In this document: positions 17,689-27,224 of the stretch, in pieces
Position numbering within the stretch: position 1 is the first letter of the stretch
Layout of the letters: each line of letters begins with the position of its first letter
Assembly: GCA_045600365.1 (NCBI GenBank)
Contig: JAZRXT010000164.1
Coordinates: forward strand, 1 to 60,761
Source: Kiritimatiellia bacterium
GTDB lineage: Bacteria > Verrucomicrobiota > Kiritimatiellia > RFP12 > UBA1067
DNA: 60,761 bases
Reading direction: 5' to 3'
The notes under the pieces: generated by a model
What the model was told of the DNA's origin: nothing
Databases searched by the model: none
What the model saw: the letters and a program-made list of their open reading frames with translations, nothing else
Program-made: the position numbers and the translations under genes

Positions 17689-18600
17689 TTAGCAGCGGCC
17701 CTTGGAACGGAGGAACTTGATGGACTCGTCAATGGCGACCAGTTCGTTCGCGTGGCGCTCGCACTCGACGACCCACCACTTGACGCCATCGGCGTCGGCG
17801 GCGACGGCCAGCTTGTCCCAGTCAACGCCCTTGGCGCAGACGACGCCGTTGGCGTCCTTGCCAGGCTGACCGAGAATGGCGTCGAACTGCTTCACGCCCT
17901 GGCCCATGCCATTTTCCTTCGCGTGGAGCGTGGGGCTGCGATGCGGATACTTGACGTACTGGGCGCAGGGATCCTCTCCGGCGCAGGTAGTCCAGCCCAC
18001 GTCCTGCTCCATGCACACGTTGGAGGCGGTGTTGCGGAAGAAGTAGTCCCAGTAGGTCTCGCCCGACTCGAGCTTGCGGGTGAACTCGCCGGTGTGGTTG
18101 TGCAGACCGATCAGGCAGCCGTACTGGGCGGCGTCCACGGCGGCCTTGTTGTAGTAGTCGACAAGCTTCTTGAGGAAGTCATCGAGCTTCTCGTCCTTGC
18201 CGGGGAAGTTGCCGCCGCCAGGGCAAATGATCACGTTGTTGCCGTAGCCGAGGTTGGACTCGCAGGTCTTCTTGACGTTCGCGGGACTGAACGCATCGCG
18301 GCCGACGTGCGTGCCACAGGCCACGAGGCCGGCATCGTCAAGCATTGCCTTGAGGGTCTTGGCATCATTGCCGTAGTAACCGGCAAATTCGACGCCGGCG
18401 TAGCCGAGGTTCTTGACGTCCTTGAGAGCCTGCGCGAGGCCGACGCCCTTGAGCCCGTTCTTGTTGCCACCGATATACTCGCGGATGGAATACAGCTGCA
18501 CGCCAACGCGGCCATTGGCGGCGGCCCCGAAAACGCCCTGGCAGCCAGCGAAGGCCGCAGCGGCGCCCGTGAAGAGGAACTGACGACGGTTAATGCTCAT
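17689..18600 (-). CDS. Sugar phosphate isomerase/epimerase (xylose-isomerase-like TIM barrel) with a Tat-type signal.
   Basis: MSINRRQFLFTGAAAAFAGC twin-arginine leader. GYAGVEFAGYY and LHNHTGEF blocks are typical of AP-endonuclease-2/xylose-isomerase-like TIM barrels. AAGGAG lies 6 nt upstream of the ATG. Confidence 0.85.
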   Translation of the reverse strand: MSINRRQFLFTGAAAAFAGCQGVFGAAANGRVGVQLYSIREYIGGNKNGLKGVGLAQALKDVKNLGYAGVEFAGYYGNDAKTLKAMLDDAGLVACGTHVGRDAFSPANVKKTCESNLGYGNNVIICPGGGNFPGKDEKLDDFLKKLVDYYNKAAVDAAQYGCLIGLHNHTGEFTRKLESGETYWDYFFRNTASNVCMEQDVGWTTCAGEDPCAQYVKYPHRSPTLHAKENGMGQGVKQFDAILGQPGKDANGVVCAKGVDWDKLAVAADADGVKWWVVECERHANELVAIDESIKFLRSKGRC

Positions 18601-18634
18601 TGGATCTCCTTTTATTGGTGAAAAACTACTGGAA

Positions 18635-18643
18635 ATTATACCA
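18635..18643 (-). promoter_or_regulatory. Extended -10 box TGGTATAAT preceded by TTTT.
   Basis: The minus strand reads ATTTTGGTATAATTTCCAGTAGTTTTTCACCAATAAAAGGAGATCCAATG. This gives a 34-nt gap containing AAGGAG before the start at 18600. Confidence 0.55.
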
Positions 18644-18653
18644 AAATACCTCG

Positions 18654-19391
18654 TCAGTGGCGAGACATTTTACGCCAGAGAAACCGGGAAATCTTCATCG
18701 GCCAGTTCTGTCCCTCGAGATGCAGCACCGGCACTTCGGCGTAGCCAACGCCCTTCGCGCCTAGCCAGACGTCGAGCAGCCGCTCGCCCACAAAGCCGAA
18801 GACGCGGGCGTCATACGGCGAATAGGACGACGTGTCGAGCCGACGTTCGAGCTCGAAGAGCACGTCGAACAGCCATGTGCAGTAGTCGTTGAACAAATCG
18901 TGCCGCATTATGAACATGTTGAAGCGATGTCCGCGAGTCGAGGCCATCACGCGGTCAAACGAATCCAGAAACCCAGGATGGCGCTCGGCGATGATCTCGC
19001 GCGTCACGTCGAGGTCCTGCGCGTGGTGGGCATGCACGTACTGCGAGCGCGTGGTCTCGATGAAGTAGTTCCGCGCCGCCGGCAGCACCACTGCCCGCGC
19101 CGCCACGAGCTCGGCGAGACGGCCCGGCGATGCCTTGAAGTGACGACGGTAGTGGACAAGCCCGAGCGCGTCCGCCTCGAGGTTCTTCCACATCCAGTAC
19201 AGTCCGGTAAGTTCGCACCAACCCGCGTTGCGCTCGCTGATGCTCTCGCCCTCGTCATCGCGCCGGAAGCCAGGGATGGGGTCCCTGCCGGCGGCCCCCA
19301 CCTGCACTGGCACGAACACGGGATCGGCGGGCATCGTGTAGGGCTTGTGCGAAGCGACGGCGATAAGAAGCGGTGGACGGGATGAATTCAT
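18654..19391 (-). CDS. DUF4422-family protein (putative polysaccharide-biosynthesis glycosyltransferase).
   Basis: IAVASHKPYTMPADPVFVPVQVGAAGR...ISERNAGWCELTGLYWMWKN...LGLVHYRRHF matches the remembered DUF4422 signature. Confidence 0.85.
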   Translation of the reverse strand: MNSSRPPLLIAVASHKPYTMPADPVFVPVQVGAAGRDPIPGFRRDDEGESISERNAGWCELTGLYWMWKNLEADALGLVHYRRHFKASPGRLAELVAARAVVLPAARNYFIETTRSQYVHAHHAQDLDVTREIIAERHPGFLDSFDRVMASTRGHRFNMFIMRHDLFNDYCTWLFDVLFELERRLDTSSYSPYDARVFGFVGERLLDVWLGAKGVGYAEVPVLHLEGQNWPMKISRFLWRKMSRH

Positions 19392-19406
19392 GATCTACAC
19401 TGCCTG

Positions 19407-21455
19407 TCAACGAAGTTCAATCTTCACCATGCGCGTCTGCGCTAGATGGCGCACTCCGAGCGTCATGCTCTTGACGCCCTTCAACCTGGCGGCAAAATCC
19501 TTCGCCCCCTTGACGGGTATGCCATTGACCTCGGTGACGATCTCGAATGGTTTCAACCCCGCCACGGCGGCAGGTGATCCCGGCTTCACCTTCGCGATCA
19601 CCACACCTGGCGCGTCGTCATCCAGCTTGAAGAACTTGCGCACCTCGAAGGTCATGTCCTTCACGCTCAGGCCGAGCGTGCGGTTCCTGCTCTTCGGTGC
19701 GTTGCGGTAGTGAATCGGGGCGGGTTCGAGCGCTATGACCGCTTCCCTGCGCTCACCATCGCGAGCATAGATCAAAGCCACCTTGGCGCCGACCCCGAAC
19801 CCAGTCAGCATTGTGTTGATCGTGTCCTCGACGTTTGGCCACGGCGTGCCGACATCGCGAAAGATCGACAAACTCAACAGGGAAGAGGACGAGTCGTTGA
19901 AGTAGTCCGCCCAGTTCCTGGAGGAGTAGTTGCTTTCCGCGCGCAACTTCTGTTCGCGACCTGTCCCGCGGCGAACCGCCAGAAGCACGTCACCCACGAC
20001 GATGCCGGCCTTGTCGGCCGGAGAACCCGCATACACTTCGGTAACCAGCGGCGGACGGGAATAGTCCGCGAGATAGCTCTGCGCCTTCTTTTCCCTGGCA
20101 AGCGCATCGGTCAACGCCACCGTCTCGACGCCAAGCCACACGAAGCGGTTGCGGTCATCCTCCTTGCGCGGCGCGAATTCTGGATTGAACCGCTCGCCGG
20201 CCATCGCGGCGGATAACTCAGCGGGCACGATCGTCTCCAGCGTTCTACCCCAGCGCTCGCCCGAGAAGCGACGGGTTAGCCACATGACGGCGATATCACC
20301 GTCAGCATCCAGGGTTAGACGAAGATGCCTGTCTTCACTCCAACGGCTACCATCGCCATCATTCGCCGCATACATGGCGCCGCGGACGAAATCCACCCCC
20401 TGGAAGACGCGCCGCTCCGCGAAGACGCGCACACGTCCGTTTTCGTTCTCCAGCCGCATCCGCCAGGCACGGGTGCGATCAAGCGCTTCGGGCTTTACAG
20501 AGGAAGGATGAAGCCCCCCGCAATCCGTGCCGAGCGGGAAATCGAACACGAGCGCATTCCATTCCGCCAGCGTTCCAGCAAAGCGGAGCTCGACCTTCTT
20601 TCCGTCAGCGAGCATCGCCTCGGCCTTCGAAAGCCGCGAAATGCGCTCGCCGTCCAGCACGATCGGAACGAAAACGCGCCCATTGACGACGAGTCCGATC
20701 GCATCGTAGTCATTACGGTTTTCATCGTCGTCGCCACCGGAACTGTAGACGAAACGCATTCTATTGCTGCCGGCGTCGCGATCCTTCTGGTCAAGATGGA
20801 TGAACACGCCAACCGCCATGCGACGAACCCGCTCCTCGACGGCGCAGGCGGATTGCTCATATACGTCGGCGGACAATTCGGGCACCGCCGGCGGAGGCGC
20901 AAACACACCCTCCTTCACCTTGAGCCGCTGGCCGAAGTCTATCCAGACCGGTCGCCTTTCCTTGTCAACCAGCAGTGCATTCGCAGTACCGACGCGGATG
21001 AGAGATCCATCCTCACACACCCTCACCGAGGCATTAGTCCCCAACGCGGTGCCGACACCGATCAGTCCTCCCCGTTCGAAGCGGAACTCGGCGCGCTCGC
21101 AGGGCGCGTTGGTGCTGAACACGAGCGGCTTCAACCCGACAACCGGAGAATCGGTCCTCACCAGCACGGTGTCGGGGAATTCGGTCCTCGCCACCTCCCG
21201 AGCCGGGTACATGCGGCCATGGAACTCGATTTCCACGCGTTCCAGGTTGGCGGTTCGGATGGCAGGATCCGCCAACCGAAACATGTCCGGCGCAGTCGCG
21301 AAGGCAACATAGCGCTTTGGCATCGCCTTCTCGCAGATTTCGTCTCCACGGCCATGGGCGTCCTTCTTCAGCCAATAGCGCGCCGTGGCCACCGAGTCCA
21401 TGAACTCGATTGGCAGGTGGACAGCGAAAAGCAACGAGGCAAGAATTGCAAACAT
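19407..21455 (-). CDS. Membrane-anchored or secreted protein with two C-terminal PDZ domains (682 aa).
   Basis: The track ORF (821 aa) overlaps the upstream protease gene, and its first 139 residues are R/G-rich junk. The ATG at 21455 (MFAILASLLFAV) lies 5 nt after the upstream stop. PDZ signatures: SPADKAGIVVGDVLLAV and KPGSPAAVAGLKPFEIVTEVNG. Confidence 0.75.
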   Translation of the reverse strand: MFAILASLLFAVHLPIEFMDSVATARYWLKKDAHGRGDEICEKAMPKRYVAFATAPDMFRLADPAIRTANLERVEIEFHGRMYPAREVARTEFPDTVLVRTDSPVVGLKPLVFSTNAPCERAEFRFERGGLIGVGTALGTNASVRVCEDGSLIRVGTANALLVDKERRPVWIDFGQRLKVKEGVFAPPPAVPELSADVYEQSACAVEERVRRMAVGVFIHLDQKDRDAGSNRMRFVYSSGGDDDENRNDYDAIGLVVNGRVFVPIVLDGERISRLSKAEAMLADGKKVELRFAGTLAEWNALVFDFPLGTDCGGLHPSSVKPEALDRTRAWRMRLENENGRVRVFAERRVFQGVDFVRGAMYAANDGDGSRWSEDRHLRLTLDADGDIAVMWLTRRFSGERWGRTLETIVPAELSAAMAGERFNPEFAPRKEDDRNRFVWLGVETVALTDALAREKKAQSYLADYSRPPLVTEVYAGSPADKAGIVVGDVLLAVRRGTGREQKLRAESNYSSRNWADYFNDSSSSLLSLSIFRDVGTPWPNVEDTINTMLTGFGVGAKVALIYARDGERREAVIALEPAPIHYRNAPKSRNRTLGLSVKDMTFEVRKFFKLDDDAPGVVIAKVKPGSPAAVAGLKPFEIVTEVNGIPVKGAKDFAARLKGVKSMTLGVRHLAQTRMVKIELR

Positions 21456-21460
21456 GGCAG

Positions 21461-22798
21461 CTAGTCCTCCTTCTCGGTGTCTTCGGTATAGTCCAGGACG
21501 AGCGCCGTCGGGCGTCCACCGCGCAGTACCGTGACCGTGACCTTGGTGCGGGTGGAGATCTCGGCCATGGCATCCGCATACAGCTTCTTGACATCGGCCA
21601 CCGTCTTCACCTTCTTGCCGCCTATCGCGTCCACCACGTCCTTCTCCCGGAAGGCACAGTTCTCCGCGTTGCCATCCCAGGACATTCCAGAGATGTAGAC
21701 GCCACCTGCGGGCGCGAAGAAAGCCAGGTCCGGATTGTAGAAACGGTTGATTTCCTTGGCGGTGAAGCCCCAGCGCTCGCAGACGAACTCCTCGCCCTCG
21801 ACGCGTCCCTTCTCGCTCGGCGCAATCTGCACTTCCATTTTCTTCCCGTTCCGAACAACGCCGAAGACGCACTGCCGACCGAACTCCTTGCGCCCGAGTC
21901 TACGCTCTATGGCGGGGATGTCCTCCCAGAATCTAGCCGTCACCTCCTCGCCGTCAATCGACACCACCAGGTCGTTGGCCCGGAGGCCGGCCCTCTCCGC
22001 CGGTGAATTCCGTTCCACGTCGGCCACAATCGCCCCCCTCTTCGCGTCAAAGACCATATTGCGTTCGAAATCCTCGAGCGGCTGCAGGCGGAAGCCAAAC
22101 CACGCCCAATGCGCCTCGCCATATTTCCTGAGATCCGGCAACACCTCCATCACCGTGGCCGAGGGAATCGTGAATCCCTGGTCGCCCAGCATATTGCCGC
22201 GGGCGTTGATGCCCACCACGAGTCCAGCGGTATCGACAAGCGGTCCACCCGAATTGCCAGGGGAGATCGCGGCATCCGTCTGGTACCAAAGCGTGTAGTC
22301 ACCGCAGTTGGCAAGGAAGCGGTCGTTGCAGGAGACGATTCCCATCGACACCGACCTTGCCAGGCCCCAGGGCGCCCCCATCGCAAGCACCACCTCGCCG
22401 ACCTCCAGCCGGCGAGGCGAGAGCTTCGCCACTGGTACCGGAGCCGATTCGGCAGACAGCTCGAGCTGCAGCAGCGCGATGTCGAGATCCTTGTCCTTGC
22501 CCACTACCTTTGCGGATGTCGATCGCCCGTCGGCCAACTGGCAGCGGATCTCGTTCGCCTTGTCGATCACGTGGTGGTTGGTGAGCACTTCACCCCGCTC
22601 CGATATTATCACGCCGGAACCAGACGCGACGCCCTGGCGGCTGCGTCCCGAGCCAGTGTCGTTGTAGACGACGCGGATGAACACAACGGCCGGCGCAACA
22701 GACGACTTGGCCATGGCCACCGTGTCGCGGAAGTCGGGCACGGGAGCAAGGCAGCCAGCCAGCAACAGGCATCCTACCGTAATCAGGCGCAATTTCAT
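21461..22798 (-). CDS. HtrA/DegP-family serine protease with PDZ domain. Lipoprotein-type signal.
   Basis: MKLRLITVGCLLLAGC lipobox. Catalytic-triad contexts TNHHVID, DLDIALLQL and GNSGGPLVD. Confidence 0.9.
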   Translation of the reverse strand: MKLRLITVGCLLLAGCLAPVPDFRDTVAMAKSSVAPAVVFIRVVYNDTGSGRSRQGVASGSGVIISERGEVLTNHHVIDKANEIRCQLADGRSTSAKVVGKDKDLDIALLQLELSAESAPVPVAKLSPRRLEVGEVVLAMGAPWGLARSVSMGIVSCNDRFLANCGDYTLWYQTDAAISPGNSGGPLVDTAGLVVGINARGNMLGDQGFTIPSATVMEVLPDLRKYGEAHWAWFGFRLQPLEDFERNMVFDAKRGAIVADVERNSPAERAGLRANDLVVSIDGEEVTARFWEDIPAIERRLGRKEFGRQCVFGVVRNGKKMEVQIAPSEKGRVEGEEFVCERWGFTAKEINRFYNPDLAFFAPAGGVYISGMSWDGNAENCAFREKDVVDAIGGKKVKTVADVKKLYADAMAEISTRTKVTVTVLRGGRPTALVLDYTEDTEKED

Positions 22799-22834
22799 GA
22801 TTAGACCACTCCCTCTTGTCCCAGTCCAGGTCGG

Positions 22835-24706
22835 TCAGTTCTTTATCCGCACGATTCGCTGCCCGCCGCCGGTGCAGTCGCCAACGCCCACGACAATGCC
22901 GTCGCGGGCGATCTCGGCCGCAGTGCGTCGCTTGCCGTCGACCTCGTAGTTGCCGGCCGGATCCAGTACCGGGAACACCCTGACGGAGTTCTGCTGCACG
23001 CGCTCGGTCGCCACCACGATGCGCACGTCGGAAAGCACCTCGTCGCTATATTGCAGCACCGTCACCTTGCCAGTGTCGCAGAGGATCCTTCCCACCGCGG
23101 TCTGCCAGAAGGCGGCATCCTTCTTGAATTGCGCGACGTAGTCCTTGAAGTGGTTGAAGTCATCCTCCGAGAAAGCAGCCAGATCGCAGCTGAACCCTGG
23201 CGTTCCGCCGGCGAGGAAGCTGTCGATGTAGCTGGTGTGGTAGGTGCCGGCGCGCGTCCAGGTGGCATCCTCCGTCGCGAGGATGCGCGAATCGCGCCCG
23301 CCATAGTCGGGCTGCCCGCACTTGAGCGTCTGGGCGACGATCCAGCGCTCGATCTGGCGCGGTGCAAGACGCAGCATCGTCTCCTTCGCAATCCGGAATC
23401 CGTCATGGGGGCTCTGGTTGTCACTGAGCCAGAAGCTCTCGAATTCGCGTCCCCAGCCCATGTCCATCATGTAGCCACCACTCGCGCAGCCCTCGATGTA
23501 GACGCCGGGGTTGCGGCGGCGGATCTCGCGCACGAAGCGGCGGTACGCCCGGTTGTAGTCGGCGAAGGCGCGCCCGCTGCGGTCGTATTCGAGGTTCTGG
23601 TTGAAGTCGAACTTGAGGAAAGACGCCTCGTATTTCTTCAGGAGCGCGCACACCGTCTCCACGAGGTGCTCAAAGGCCGCGGGATTCGTGAAGTCGTAGA
23701 AACCGCCCGGCATCACCCATTCGGGATGCTCCTTGGCGATCGAACAGTCGGCGGCGACGCTTTCCGCCTCCACCCAGAATCCGAACTTCATGCCCGCCTT
23801 GCGCACCGCCGCCGAGATCTCGGCCATGCGCCCGCCAAGATGTCCGTTGGGAAGCTCCTTCCACTCGCCGCGCACCGAGCACCAGTCCGCGGCCGGACCG
23901 AACCAGCCGGCATCGATCACGAAGTACTCAAGTCCCATCGCTGCCGCGCGTTCTACCTGACGGAGAAGCGAGGGCGTATCTATCTTGTCAAACCGGTAGA
24001 GCCATGTGTTGTACAGCGCTGCCGGACGCCGACCCGGGAAGTGACGGTGCCACCACGCATGCAGCCGATGGCAGTCAAGATCGAGGCGGTTGGTGAACTC
24101 GTAGGTCACCACCTCGGGCAGCACGGCCTCCTCGCCGGGCGCAAGGCGGTAAGCGAGCTGCCGCGAGTCCATGCCCGTCTCAACCCGTACCGTCGAGCGG
24201 TTGCCGCCGTGGTTGACGCGCAGAGCATGCAGTTCGTAGGCGGTATCGGAGAGCAGGTGGTATACGCGCCCACGCCCGGTCTGGCGGTTGTAGACGGCGA
24301 TCATCGGCGCGCTGCCGTTGCAGGTGCGCATCGACGGATTGCGCACCTCCACGGCGGTGTTGAGCGGCTGCCACGCGCCGCGGCTCTCGTTCTCCCAGCA
24401 ACCGGCCTGCGTGTACACCTCCCAGTCGCCCTCCTCGAGAGGGAAACTGTCCAGGAGGCAGGTCGCGGTGATCGGCTTCGAGGATGCGTTCTTCAACGTC
24501 GTGCGCCGATGCGTCACGCCTCCATCGACATCCTCAACGGAGGTGACGACGATGTCGTCGCGCACCAGACTCGTGGTGCCGCCTTCGTGTTTGACCTTGC
24601 CCTCCGCGTGGCCGAACGAGCCAAACATCTCCCAATACTCCACGGCCTCGTTGCCAGTCACAATCCCCGCCAGCATAAGGCACCACAGAACCACCACCTG
24701 CTTCAT
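22835..24706 (-). CDS. GH36-like alpha-galactosidase (melibiase clan).
   Basis: Signal peptide. YFVIDAGWFG, GMKFGFWVEAE, FLKFDFN and IEGCASGGYMMD blocks. GAGGAGG RBS. Confidence 0.8.
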   Translation of the reverse strand: MKQVVVLWCLMLAGIVTGNEAVEYWEMFGSFGHAEGKVKHEGGTTSLVRDDIVVTSVEDVDGGVTHRRTTLKNASSKPITATCLLDSFPLEEGDWEVYTQAGCWENESRGAWQPLNTAVEVRNPSMRTCNGSAPMIAVYNRQTGRGRVYHLLSDTAYELHALRVNHGGNRSTVRVETGMDSRQLAYRLAPGEEAVLPEVVTYEFTNRLDLDCHRLHAWWHRHFPGRRPAALYNTWLYRFDKIDTPSLLRQVERAAAMGLEYFVIDAGWFGPAADWCSVRGEWKELPNGHLGGRMAEISAAVRKAGMKFGFWVEAESVAADCSIAKEHPEWVMPGGFYDFTNPAAFEHLVETVCALLKKYEASFLKFDFNQNLEYDRSGRAFADYNRAYRRFVREIRRRNPGVYIEGCASGGYMMDMGWGREFESFWLSDNQSPHDGFRIAKETMLRLAPRQIERWIVAQTLKCGQPDYGGRDSRILATEDATWTRAGTYHTSYIDSFLAGGTPGFSCDLAAFSEDDFNHFKDYVAQFKKDAAFWQTAVGRILCDTGKVTVLQYSDEVLSDVRIVVATERVQQNSVRVFPVLDPAGNYEVDGKRRTAAEIARDGIVVGVGDCTGGGQRIVRIKN

Positions 24707-24755
24707 TTAACGCCTCCTCGACATCGTCAACTGGAGATTCAGAACCAAGAAACGG

Positions 24756-27224
24756 CTATCTCACGTACGGGCCAACTGACACATTGCCGGCACGCTCCTC
24801 CCGCTCGATTGCATCGAGATAGGCGCGGAAGGCCTCAACCGTGGGGAACGGCTTCCATCCGCCGCCTTCGGGGCGGATGCCATGGACCATGAAGTCCACC
24901 CGGGCGCGGCCCTGAGCACGGAAGCGCGCGACATCGCGCGCGACGTCCCTCTTCCACTCGCCGTAGGCCTCGCGTCCGGGAGCCATCACCTCCATGCCCA
25001 TGCTCTTGGCGATGATTGCCACCTCGGGATGGTTGCTACCACCCGGCAGGCACAGGAGATGCGGCGCGTGACCGATCTCGCGCTTGAAGATGTCGTTCGC
25101 CGCCGCGATCTGGCGGCGCACCTCGTTGGTGTTGCCCTGCTCGCAGAGACGGCCTAGAGCCGCGTGGCTGAGCGTATGGTTGGCGATTTCGTGTCCACGC
25201 CGATCGAGCTCGCGCACGTCATCCCAGGAGAGTTCCTTCGCGCCTCCCACCCAAGACGGCACCACGCAGAAGACACCGCGCCACCCGCGCTTCTCCAGCT
25301 CGGGTGCGGCGATGGTCAGATGGTCCTTCTTGTTGTCGTCGAAGGTGAGTGCCACGCGCACCGGCGTCCATGGGGGCTGGGGATAGAGATTGGCGACGCG
25401 GGCGAGCTGCGCCCTGGTGGGAACCATGTCAATGGACGCGTCCGGTGCCTTGGCGTCGGTGAACACTTCGCGCACGGCGTCGAGATAGCCAAACTTCCGC
25501 GAGTCGTGAGTGGGGATCAGGTAGGTGCCCTCGCCATACTCGTTCCAGGTGCAGATCCAGTGGAAGTTCTCCTGCCAGGTCCCCTTCTGCCAGGTACGGG
25601 GGCCGAAGTCGTCGCGCATCCAGTAGAGCGTCTTCTTGAAATTCTCGACGCTCAGCATCGGACGGCGATTGCCGCCCCAGGGCAGATTGTCGAACCCAAC
25701 CGCCACGGCGGGGGGCGCGAACATGCCGGTTCCCGCCGCCTTGGCGAGACGGTTCTCGTTGCGTTTGACATTGTACTCGAACGTGTGCGCATCGCCTCCG
25801 AAGTTGTAGGGCAGCTGGATGTCGAAACCCATGGCGGCGTCGGCCTTGAAGTTCTCGGAATTGCTGGAGATGAAAATCACGCCCTTGAAGCCGATTTTCT
25901 TCACCTCCTCGCGCAGATAGTCGAACGCCTCGCGCGTCTTCGACACGCTGCCAAAGCCTTTCTTCTCGGTGGGGAAATTCCAGGCGCCGAATACGGACAG
26001 TACCGGCTTGCCATCCAGCACGAGATAGCGCGGATCCTTGAAATGGTGCTCGATGAAGTAGGGAACGAAGTTCTTCTTCCACGCCTCGAGCGTGTGCGGA
26101 CGCCCCGCGTTCTGGATTTCCCAGATAAGGCAGTACTTCATTCTGTCCGAATAGCGGGCGTTCTTGAAGCCGTCCTCGAGCTGGAATTCGAAGTTCGGGC
26201 GGTGGATGGCGCCATCGTCGGTATCGGCGTACCAGCAGAAGGCCTGGAAATCGACACCGTGCTCGACGAAGTACTTGATTTCCCAGTCTGCCAGCTCAGG
26301 AAGTCCTTCGTCGTAGAATCCAAGCGTCGGGCGCGGTCCGCCTTTGCGGTCGATGCAGTTCCAGCCGACGTGATACCCGTCGCGCCAGAGCGAGCAGATG
26401 TTGATGCCCACAAGATGCTTCTCCTGTCCGACTGGCTCGACCGGCGGCGCCGGGTAGTCCGCATGGTCCACAAGCGCATGTACCTTGAGGTCGTCGACTC
26501 TCAGCGGCGACTTGCCGCGATTGACCAACTCGAATCCGCCAAAGGACACGTTGCGCGCGATCTCGCGACCGTTCAGCTTGACACGAGCCCGATTTCCCTT
26601 CACCTCGAAGCGGAATCGGTACCAGATGCCGCGATGATAGGGATAGAGGCGGTCGATGTCGACGCCACCGGCGGTCAGCGACACGCCCTCGCCCATGAAC
26701 ACCTTGAACTCGAATGCGTAATCATTCGTGAGCAGGGACTTGTCCACCTCCGGAGCGCGGGTCGCACCCGGGCCGAGATGGAACTCGCGCTCGAACGCGG
26801 CCCAGTCGACGAAAACCCTGGCACCATCGAGAAAGACATCAGTCAGATTCTGGTCACGAGCAGCCGACAGGCGCAGATACTGGAGTGACCCGTCGTGGCG
26901 GAACGACTCGCGCACGTTCTGGACGCCCTCGCCAGTGTAGGTCTTGGAGAACAGCGGCCTCTTGCCGCGGTCAAGGAATTCCAACTTGATCGGCTTGCCT
27001 GCGGTGAGACGCCATGCAGTGCGGAAGTCGATCTTTCCGGCCGGCACCTCGTTGAACGGATGGAGGAAATTTCCCTCGTTGTCACGCTCCCAGCCTGAGA
27101 CGAGCGGGTTGATGCGCTTGATCCATTTCGGCGCCTCGAGCGAAGCACAGTCCAGAATTACGCGCGGCTCGACCGCACCGGCGGAAAGCGCCGCCGCCAT
27201 GCACGAAAACAGTAGTCCTTTCAT
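24756..27224 (-). CDS. Secreted fusion protein: N-terminal beta-sandwich, GH99-like/WbsX-like module, and a C-terminal CE4 polysaccharide deacetylase.
   Basis: LVGINICSLWRDGYHVGW...LGFYDEGLPELADWEIKYFVEHGVDFQAFCWY (from about aa 271). CE4 block ALTFDDNKKDH...HEIANHTLSH (from about aa 625, nt 25352 downwards). ATGA overlap with the upstream radical SAM gene. Confidence 0.8.
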   Translation of the reverse strand: MKGLLFSCMAAALSAGAVEPRVILDCASLEAPKWIKRINPLVSGWERDNEGNFLHPFNEVPAGKIDFRTAWRLTAGKPIKLEFLDRGKRPLFSKTYTGEGVQNVRESFRHDGSLQYLRLSAARDQNLTDVFLDGARVFVDWAAFEREFHLGPGATRAPEVDKSLLTNDYAFEFKVFMGEGVSLTAGGVDIDRLYPYHRGIWYRFRFEVKGNRARVKLNGREIARNVSFGGFELVNRGKSPLRVDDLKVHALVDHADYPAPPVEPVGQEKHLVGINICSLWRDGYHVGWNCIDRKGGPRPTLGFYDEGLPELADWEIKYFVEHGVDFQAFCWYADTDDGAIHRPNFEFQLEDGFKNARYSDRMKYCLIWEIQNAGRPHTLEAWKKNFVPYFIEHHFKDPRYLVLDGKPVLSVFGAWNFPTEKKGFGSVSKTREAFDYLREEVKKIGFKGVIFISSNSENFKADAAMGFDIQLPYNFGGDAHTFEYNVKRNENRLAKAAGTGMFAPPAVAVGFDNLPWGGNRRPMLSVENFKKTLYWMRDDFGPRTWQKGTWQENFHWICTWNEYGEGTYLIPTHDSRKFGYLDAVREVFTDAKAPDASIDMVPTRAQLARVANLYPQPPWTPVRVALTFDDNKKDHLTIAAPELEKRGWRGVFCVVPSWVGGAKELSWDDVRELDRRGHEIANHTLSHAALGRLCEQGNTNEVRRQIAAANDIFKREIGHAPHLLCLPGGSNHPEVAIIAKSMGMEVMAPGREAYGEWKRDVARDVARFRAQGRARVDFMVHGIRPEGGGWKPFPTVEAFRAYLDAIEREERAGNVSVGPYVR

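Noticed and set aside
21456-21872. N-terminal extension of the PDZ-protein ORF to 821 aa.
   Set aside because: The extension overlaps the 3-prime end of the HtrA gene and translates to R/G-rich junk. An ATG with a hydrophobic N-terminus sits 5 nt after the HtrA stop.
23051-26888. Plus-strand ORFs of 613 aa (23051-24892) and 574 aa (25164-26888). The same applies to 29754-31121, 31773-33398, 53161-53907 and 59389-60744.
   Set aside because: All are antisense to the GH36, GH99-like/CE4, PHP, GH127-like, antiporter and GH2 genes. They have no start context and no motifs.
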